From Phycisphaeraceae bacterium (GTDB lineage: Bacteria > Planctomycetota > Phycisphaerae > Phycisphaerales > UBA1924): DNA of 64,000 nt. The notes beneath the pieces were generated by a model. It did no database searches and was not told where the DNA came from. It saw only the letters and a program-made list of their open reading frames with translations. Below are positions 57,964 through 64,000 of this stretch, in pieces (position 1 is the first letter of the stretch; every line of letters begins with the position of its first letter). The stretch is taken from contig REDD01000139.1 in assembly GCA_007693725.1 (NCBI GenBank), positions 1,296-65,295 of the forward strand, read 5' to 3'. The position numbers and the translations under genes were made by a program.

Positions 57964-59661
57964 TCAGTCGGCAAGCTCACCGTTCATCGTCAGCATCGTC
58001 GCCGAGGTGATCCGCAGCGGCAGGATGCGACCGATCAGCGCATCAGGCGATCGGTCCGGCGGGCAATCGAAAACCACGATCAGGTCGCCGTCCGTCCGAC
58101 CGGTCATCTGGATCGGCCCCGCCGAGTCCGTCACGACCCCCGCGCAGGATGACGGCTCCGCTTCGCTCGACTCTCCCCGCACGGTCAAACCAACCATCCC
58201 CGCGCCCTGGGCCGCCGGGCGCTTCTTCCGCTCGCGTGCGCTCACCCCCTGCACGAACACGCGCTGCACCGTGCCGATGTGCTCACGGCTGATCTCATCC
58301 GAGATCTCGTGCTGCACCGCGAGCAGGTCGTTGCACCTGCGACGCTTGACCTCGTCCGGCACATCGTCGGGAATCCGGTCGAAGGCCACCGTGCCGGGAC
58401 GCGGCGAGTACTTGAAGATGAAACAGTTCTTGTAGCGGACCCGACGCAGCAGCGCCTCCGTCGCGCGGAAGTCCTCCTCCGTCTCCGAGCAGAATCCGAC
58501 GATGATGTCACCCGCGATCGTCAGCGGTCGATCGATCTCCGGCTGATGCAGGATCGACCGTGCCCGCTCGATGAACTCCAGATACTCCTCGACCGTGTAC
58601 CCGCGGTTCATCAGCTTCAGGATCCGGTTCGAGCCGGACTGCGCCGGGACATGGAGGTAGCGGCAGATCCGTGGCGAATCCCGCATCACTTCGAGCGCAT
58701 CATCCCCGAAGTCGCGCGGGTATGAAGTCACGAACCGCAGCCGCTGGATCGCCGGAACCTCTTCGTGGATCCGGTGCAGCAGATCGGCGAAGGTCGTCGT
58801 GCGCTCGCCCGCGAGCGGATCGCGCCGGTGACCGCCCTTGTACGAGCGCCCCTTCTGCGGCTGCACGACGCCGTCGACCGCCACCGCCGCGCCGTGCTCG
58901 AAGCGGTAGTGATTCACGGTCTGCCCGAGCAGCGTCACCTCGATCACGCCCGAATCCGCCAGCCGCTTGCACTCCTCGATGATGTGCTCCGGCGGGCGAT
59001 GGATCTCCGCACCGCGGGTCTGCGGCACGACGCAGTAGGTGCAGAATTTGTTGCACCCGCGCGTGATCCGCACATACGCCGAACCGTTGTGATCGCTCGC
59101 GGAGATCACCCGCGAAAGATCCAGCATCTCCAGCGAGTCCGCCGCCGCCGCGAGCGTTCCGCTCCGACGCGATGCATCGCCCTGCAGCGCCACCGCCCGC
59201 GCCGACCGCTCCGCCACCGGATGCACCATCCGCCCGGCGCGACGCACCTGCATCTCGGCATCCGGATCATCCGCCAGATACGAGTCGCGCGTCCGCACCG
59301 CGTTGTCGATCAACCCCGGCAGCTTGTCCAGTTCCGCAGGCCCGCACAGGATGTCCACCACCGGATACTTCCGGATCAGGTCCACCCCGTCGCGCTCGGC
59401 CATGCACCCCAGCACCCCCACCACCACGCCCGGCTCGTTCGCCTTCCGCAGACGCATCTCGCCCAGACGCGAACGCACCTTCTGCTCCGCCAGATCGCGC
59501 ACCGAGCAGGTGTTGTACAGAACGATGTCCGCCTGCTCCGGCTCGCGCACGAACGAATAGCCCAACGCCCGCAACTGGCCTGCGACCAGCTCCGAGTCCA
59601 GCTCGTTCATCTGGCAACCGAAGGTCTCCAGATACACCGACTTGGCCCGCTTCCCGCTCAT
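57964..59661 (-). CDS. miaB: tRNA-i6A37 methylthiotransferase
   Basis: 'VYLETFGCQMNELDSE' and radical-SAM 'GCNKFCTYCVVPQTRG', plus a TRAM-like C-terminus. It is about 100 aa longer than typical, spread over three insertions. Confidence 0.9.
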   Translation of the reverse strand: MSGKRAKSVYLETFGCQMNELDSELVAGQLRALGYSFVREPEQADIVLYNTCSVRDLAEQKVRSRLGEMRLRKANEPGVVVGVLGCMAERDGVDLIRKYPVVDILCGPAELDKLPGLIDNAVRTRDSYLADDPDAEMQVRRAGRMVHPVAERSARAVALQGDASRRSGTLAAAADSLEMLDLSRVISASDHNGSAYVRITRGCNKFCTYCVVPQTRGAEIHRPPEHIIEECKRLADSGVIEVTLLGQTVNHYRFEHGAAVAVDGVVQPQKGRSYKGGHRRDPLAGERTTTFADLLHRIHEEVPAIQRLRFVTSYPRDFGDDALEVMRDSPRICRYLHVPAQSGSNRILKLMNRGYTVEEYLEFIERARSILHQPEIDRPLTIAGDIIVGFCSETEEDFRATEALLRRVRYKNCFIFKYSPRPGTVAFDRIPDDVPDEVKRRRCNDLLAVQHEISDEISREHIGTVQRVFVQGVSARERKKRPAAQGAGMVGLTVRGESSEAEPSSCAGVVTDSAGPIQMTGRTDGDLIVVFDCPPDRSPDALIGRILPLRITSATMLTMNGELAD

Positions 59662-59725
59662 GCGAGTCCCAGTCTACGCATCCCCAACCCGATGGTCGTC
59701 CGGCCCCGCCCCCGCCCACCCCCCA

Positions 59726-60613
59726 CTACCCCGCGAATCGGCGCAGAATCCCCTCCACCTGCCCCACATACCCCCCGCCGAAGAGCCGCACATGCACCAG
59801 CAGCGGGTAGAGGTTGTAGACCTCGCGCCGCACCTCCCAGAAATCCGCCTCGATCGGGCGATGCTCGCGGTACCGATCGAAAAACCGCTCGCCGAAGGTG
59901 TGGAACATCGTGATGAAGGCCAGTTCCACCTCGCTGTGCGCGTAGTAGATCGCCGGGTCGATGAATCCGCAGATCCGCCGCCCGGATGCGATCACATTCC
60001 CGCCCCAGACATCGCCGTGGATCAGCGATGGCGCGACCGCCCCGAGCCCCAGCACTCCTTCCAACCGCTCGCCGAGCCGCTCGACCTGAGCGACCGTCCC
60101 ACTCCCCAGCCGCCCGGCACGCATCGCCTCCCGCGCCATAGACGCCAACCGATGCTCCGCGAAGAACGCCGTCCACGACTCCATCCACGGGTTCGGCTGG
60201 TGCAGGCCGCCGATCAGCGTGTCGTAGTCGTAGCCGAACCAGCCCGCCCGCTCGCCCAACGGCCCGATCGTGTGCAACGCGGCCAGCAGGTCCGCAGCGT
60301 GCTCCTCACGCCCGTCCGTGATGCCCAGCGCCTCGCCGGAGGCCTCGTCGATGTACTCCATCACCAGCAGATCCGGGTCGCTGTGCAGAACACGCGGCAC
60401 CGGCAGCTCCGACCGATCCGCCAAGTCGCGCAGCATCCGCCCCTCAATGTCCAACTTGGCGGATGCGGAGCCATCCACCTTCACCACCACCCGCTCGCCC
60501 GACCCCAGCTCCGCCCGGTACACCTCGCCCACACACCCGCCCGAGAGCGGGCGCACCCCGATGGGCCGCTCCCCCATCGCCAGCTCGACACGATCGGCGA
60601 TCCGGTCGGACAT
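59726..60613 (-). CDS. fructosamine kinase family protein
   Basis: 'LIHGDVWGGNVI' and 'GFIDPAIYYAHSEVELAFITMFHTFGERFF'. Start set at 'MSDRIADR' (60613). Confidence 0.8.
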   Translation of the reverse strand: MSDRIADRVELAMGERPIGVRPLSGGCVGEVYRAELGSGERVVVKVDGSASAKLDIEGRMLRDLADRSELPVPRVLHSDPDLLVMEYIDEASGEALGITDGREEHAADLLAALHTIGPLGERAGWFGYDYDTLIGGLHQPNPWMESWTAFFAEHRLASMAREAMRAGRLGSGTVAQVERLGERLEGVLGLGAVAPSLIHGDVWGGNVIASGRRICGFIDPAIYYAHSEVELAFITMFHTFGERFFDRYREHRPIEADFWEVRREVYNLYPLLVHVRLFGGGYVGQVEGILRRFAG

Positions 60614-60646
60614 GCCCACAGCGTAACCGTAGGAACTGTGTGCAGC

Positions 60647-60684
60647 CAAAAGAAAAACGGGGCCGACCATCCGGTCGACCCCGT
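60647..60684 (-). terminator. rho-independent terminator after the first pseudopilin-like gene
   Basis: On the minus strand, CGGGGTCGACC-GGAT-GGTCGGCCCCG forms an 11-bp stem with one mismatch. TTTTTCTTTTG follows. Confidence 0.7.
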
Positions 60685-60711
60685 GGGAAAGACTCATATC
60701 AAGAGACGCGA

Positions 60712-61722
60712 TCAGTCGTACCAGGCAGCGGAAGCAGGTGTCGGCGCCAGCAAGTTGTTCGCATTCTGGTTGGGGAGATGCCCGCGCTTGAAAACACGGA
60801 TCAGTGCATCGCGCCGATTGCTGAATGACGCACCATACGACTCGGAAACATGGACATTGTCACGGTAGAGAACATCGTTGAACCGACCCGGCAGGACCAG
60901 GTTTTCCGGTGCGGGGGTGTCGGATGAATCGCCGTGACCGTCGTTGAAGAAGAGGTTGCCGTTCCAACGCCCGCGACCGCCGTGGATCTGAAGCGTGATC
61001 GAGTCGGTGCCGAACTGGGCAAAGTTACCGCCCTGAAGCTCCCACTCATCCGCGTTCCGCGGCGTCCATGCCGTGCCGCCCGCGTACAGCGGACCACGGT
61101 TGCCGAGCACGAGACTGTCAGCGCTGTTACGGATCGCGGACCAGCCCTCGCCGTAGCGGTAGAAGAGCGGTACATGTGCGTAGGAGTTGTTGCCGATGTT
61201 GCCGCGCAGACGCTTCACATTGCTCTGCTGTGCATCCTCGGGCGTACCCATGAAGGACGGGTCGTAAACGGCAAGGTCGGGATTCACCGTATTCGTCACG
61301 CCTCCGAGGCGACCGCTGCCCGGACGGGTGAAGGTGAATTCCTCTTCCGTGATCGGGCTGATGTCGGGGTTGCGCTCCGCGGGAGAAACGAAGACCTCGC
61401 GTGAAGTCACGATCCCCTGGAAGAGCAGGATGGACCAGAGATTACCGGTGCGATCCTTCGGAACGCTCGCCGGCTCCGTGTGATTGTTGCGGTCCATCGC
61501 GGACGGAACCGGGTACGCCTCTCGATTGAGATTCGAGAAAGCCACCAGCCCCTGATGGATACCGCGAAGATTCGTCAGGCACTTCGTGCGGTTGGCGACG
61601 CGACGGGCACCACCGATCGCCGGCAGCAGCAGGCCGATCAGCAGGGCGATGATCGAGATTACGACCAGCAGTTCAACGAGCGTGAAGCCCATCCGCCGGC
61701 CTATCTGAATGCGCTTATTCAT
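60712..61722 (-). CDS. DUF1559-type protein with a prepilin-type N-terminal cleavage/methylation domain
   Basis: '[55 protein letters not shown]', then 'NNSYAH' and 'FFNDGHGDS'. Confidence 0.85.
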   Translation of the reverse strand: MNKRIQIGRRMGFTLVELLVVISIIALLIGLLLPAIGGARRVANRTKCLTNLRGIHQGLVAFSNLNREAYPVPSAMDRNNHTEPASVPKDRTGNLWSILLFQGIVTSREVFVSPAERNPDISPITEEEFTFTRPGSGRLGGVTNTVNPDLAVYDPSFMGTPEDAQQSNVKRLRGNIGNNSYAHVPLFYRYGEGWSAIRNSADSLVLGNRGPLYAGGTAWTPRNADEWELQGGNFAQFGTDSITLQIHGGRGRWNGNLFFNDGHGDSSDTPAPENLVLPGRFNDVLYRDNVHVSESYGASFSNRRDALIRVFKRGHLPNQNANNLLAPTPASAAWYD

Positions 61723-61745
61723 TCTGTGTCACTCCTAAGTCAAGA

Positions 61746-61780
61746 TGCCGCACCAGCCCCCCGAGGGCGCCGGTGCGGCA
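61746..61780 (-). terminator. intergenic hairpin between the two pseudopilin-like genes (weak terminator or processing site)
   Basis: A 9-bp perfect stem, TGCCGCACC (61746-61754) pairing with GGTGCGGCA (61772-61780), has a 17-nt G/C-rich loop. Only a short U-rich run (TCTT) follows on the minus strand. Confidence 0.4.
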
Positions 61781-61786
61781 CGATCA

Positions 61787-62788
61787 TCAGCCGTCGATCC
61801 AGGCGAAGGTACCGGTGTTGGTGCCGGGTGTGATGAAGGTCTGCTGGAAGGGCTCGCCGAGGGGAATGCCCTGCGCCCAGATGCGGAGCAGAGCGTTGCG
61901 CCGGGCCTGCACCTGCAGGTTGCCGCTGCCCTCGTTCGTCTCATCCACGAAGAGATTGTCGCGACGGGCAACCTTGGTGCCGTCGCTGACATTCGTCACC
62001 TGCTCGAAGGTGACGCTCTCGGGATCCGGTGCGCTCTCGAAAGCCACGCGCTCGTCGCCGTACGCCACATTGCCGCGCCAGATGCCGCCCTGGCGGCTGA
62101 ACATCAGGAGAGCGTTGGACTGCGCACCGCGATTCCCGGCCACGAGATCCCAACCCTCATTCGAAGTCGGCGTTTCAGTATTTATATATTCCGGACCACG
62201 GGTGCTCCACAGCGGCGTGGAGGAAGACACATTGAAGGTCCAGTCCGCAAGACGACGCCCGCCGACGACATTGTGGGCGTACGAGTTGTGCGAAACGCCG
62301 GGAACCAGCGATGCGCCCTGCAGCGTGTCCTGATCGGCGGGCGAACCCTGGAACTTCGGATCGAACGCCGCACGCTGGGGCACGCGGGTGCCGCGCGGGA
62401 TGCTGCGCTCGTACTGCGTGTAGATCTGCACCGCGGGATTCAGTTCCTTGGGGCTGATGCAGATCTGGGGGGTGATCAGGTCGTTGAAGATCATGATCGA
62501 GAGGATGCTGCCCGTGCGGTTCTTGCGCGGGTTCTCAACCGTGTCGTTGCGAGGATCCGCGTCCGTCGGCAGCGGCATCCGCTGATTCTGACGCTGGCTG
62601 GCGTACTGGTTCGACGCCTGCATGATGTTCCGCAACTGCGTCGCGTCCTTGATCTGGATCGCGTTCTGGCGGGCCTGATTCACCGCGGGGAGCAGAATGC
62701 CGATCAGCAACGCGATGATCGCGATGACCACCAGCAACTCCACCAGCGTAAACCCGTTCTTCCGATTCTTCTGAACTTGCGTGTTCAT
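61787..62788 (-). CDS. DUF1559-type protein with a prepilin-type N-terminal cleavage/methylation domain
   Basis: '[43 protein letters not shown]', then 'HNSYAH'. Start at ATG 62788; the ORF upstream to 63016 looks non-coding. Confidence 0.85.
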   Translation of the reverse strand: MNTQVQKNRKNGFTLVELLVVIAIIALLIGILLPAVNQARQNAIQIKDATQLRNIMQASNQYASQRQNQRMPLPTDADPRNDTVENPRKNRTGSILSIMIFNDLITPQICISPKELNPAVQIYTQYERSIPRGTRVPQRAAFDPKFQGSPADQDTLQGASLVPGVSHNSYAHNVVGGRRLADWTFNVSSSTPLWSTRGPEYINTETPTSNEGWDLVAGNRGAQSNALLMFSRQGGIWRGNVAYGDERVAFESAPDPESVTFEQVTNVSDGTKVARRDNLFVDETNEGSGNLQVQARRNALLRIWAQGIPLGEPFQQTFITPGTNTGTFAWIDG

Positions 62789-63134
62789 GATGTCCGATTC
62801 TCCACTACACAAACACCTGAAGACATGCGCATACGCGCAGCACCGGAAACTCCGGTCCGACGGGACACCACACGCGCCCATCGGGTCGCCCAAACACATC
62901 ACGGGCGGATCAGGTTGTCGGTAGTGCAGCGGCTGCTCGGGCAGCCCAGGATCAGCGGATACAAGGATCAGAACGGGTTTCCACGGGAAAGTCCCACGCT
63001 CCGCACGCACCACCACGAATTGTCAGGTTGCCAGATTGTCGGGGAAGTCAGGTACCATCCCCATCAGAGATTCGTGTGTCAAGGTGGAAGGGTTCCCCGA
63101 GACACACACGGAAAACCATCACGAAGGGCCGATT

Positions 63135-63602
63135 ATGCCCGACATCCGGCTGGAACTCGAAAAACGAGGACTAACACTCCCCAAACCGCCAAAGCCCATC
63201 GCCTCCTATGTCCCAGTGGACGCCGTCTACTCGGGGAATCTCGTCTTCGTCAGCGGCCAGCTCCCCCTCCGTGATGGCCAACTCATCGCCACCGGGAAGG
63301 TGCCGAAAGAAGTCACCCCCGAGCAGGCCCAGGCGTGTGCCCGCCAGTGCGTTCTCAACGCCCTCGCTGCCCTCGTGAACGCCATCGGCGACCTCGAAAA
63401 AATCCGGCGGGTCGTCAAGCTCGACGGCTTCGTCGCCTGCGATCCCGACTTCACAGACCACCCACAGGTCATCAACGGCGCCAGCGACCTCCTCGTCGAG
63501 CTCATGGGAGAGCACGGCCGCCACACCCGTGCCGCCGTCGGCGTCTCCTCACTGCCCATGAACGCCCCCGTCGAGATCGCCTTCACATTCCTCGTCGACT
63601 GA
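63135..63602 (+). CDS. RidA/YjgF family protein
   Basis: 'SGNLVFVSGQLP', 'KLDGFV', 'HTRAAVGVSSLPMNAPVEIAFTF'. Start set at 'MPDIRLE' (63135). Confidence 0.85.
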   Translation: MPDIRLELEKRGLTLPKPPKPIASYVPVDAVYSGNLVFVSGQLPLRDGQLIATGKVPKEVTPEQAQACARQCVLNALAALVNAIGDLEKIRRVVKLDGFVACDPDFTDHPQVINGASDLLVELMGEHGRHTRAAVGVSSLPMNAPVEIAFTFLVD

Positions 63603-63634
63603 CCCCCTCCCCCCGGGGGCCCGGGGGGACCGGC

Positions 63635-64000
63635 TCACCCGCCGAACGCCTTCTTGTAGTCGGCCACGAACTTCGCCAGCCCGCTGTCCGTCAGCGGGTG
63701 GTTCATCATCTGCTTGATCACGCCGAACGGCACCGTGACGACATCCGCCCCGGCCAGCGCACAATCCACGATGTGCAGCGGGTGACGGATCGAGGCCGCC
63801 AGCAGCTTCGTCGGATAGCCGTAGTTGTCGTAGACCGCCCGGATCTGCCGGATCAGTTCCATGCCGTCCTGCCCGATGTCGTCCAGCCGCCCGATGAAGG
63901 GGCTCACCAGAAACGCCCCCGCCTTCGCCACCATCAGCGCCTGCAGCGGCTGGAAGCACAGCGTCAGGTTCGTCCGCGTCCCCTCATCCGAGAGCGTCTT
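63635..64000 (-). CDS. tal: transaldolase / fructose-6-phosphate aldolase (type 3B), N-terminal part outside the window
   Basis: 'AFLVSPFIGRLDDIGQDGMELIRQIRAVYDNYGYPTKLLAASIRHPLHIVDCALAGADVVTVPFGVIKQMMNHPLTDSGLAKFVADY'. The frame stays open to the window edge. Confidence 0.85.
   Translation of the reverse strand, partial: KTLSDEGTRTNLTLCFQPLQALMVAKAGAFLVSPFIGRLDDIGQDGMELIRQIRAVYDNYGYPTKLLAASIRHPLHIVDCALAGADVVTVPFGVIKQMMNHPLTDSGLAKFVADYKKAFGG

Overview
Dense, high-G+C chromosomal segment (roughly two-thirds G+C by eye, with strongly G/C-ending codons). It looks like a Planctomycetota genome, possibly Phycisphaerae-like. The hallmarks are two DUF1559-type pseudopilins with prepilin-type N-termini, an orphan giant secretin, and many housekeeping proteins carrying lineage-specific insertions. 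I call 49 protein-coding genes, two of them truncated by the window edges. Orientation switches often and there are 12 convergent gene junctions. I found no rRNA, tRNA, CRISPR array, transposase, integrase or phage gene. Most genes are core housekeeping: priA, lpxB, aspS, trxB, aroK, ileS, plsC, cmk, gcvH, uvrB, uvrA, miaB, a PBP4-type dacB homologue, tal, a UbiD-family decarboxylase, transporters and ABC systems. I did not find a convincing self-contained novel multi-gene system, and all function calls rest on motifs I could read in the translations, not on searches. The items most worth a second look are listed here. (1) A sodium:alanine-family symporter with a ~225-aa internally duplicated soluble insert. 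(2) An AsnB-type asparagine synthase with a two-helix hydrophobic hairpin between its domains. (3) An orphan 1125-aa secretin followed by a STAS/RsbW-type partner-switching pair that has its own promoter but no sigma factor or phosphatase nearby. (4) A 724-aa secreted protein whose last ~30 residues resemble the GspG pseudopilin C-terminus. (5) G-rich direct repeats plus a G9 tract between lemA and a PilZ gene. (6) Tandem alpha/beta-hydrolase paralogues. (7) Two long (~440 bp) non-coding regions upstream of ileS and gcvH. The many very long antisense ORFs in the track are stop-poor shadow frames and were rejected.
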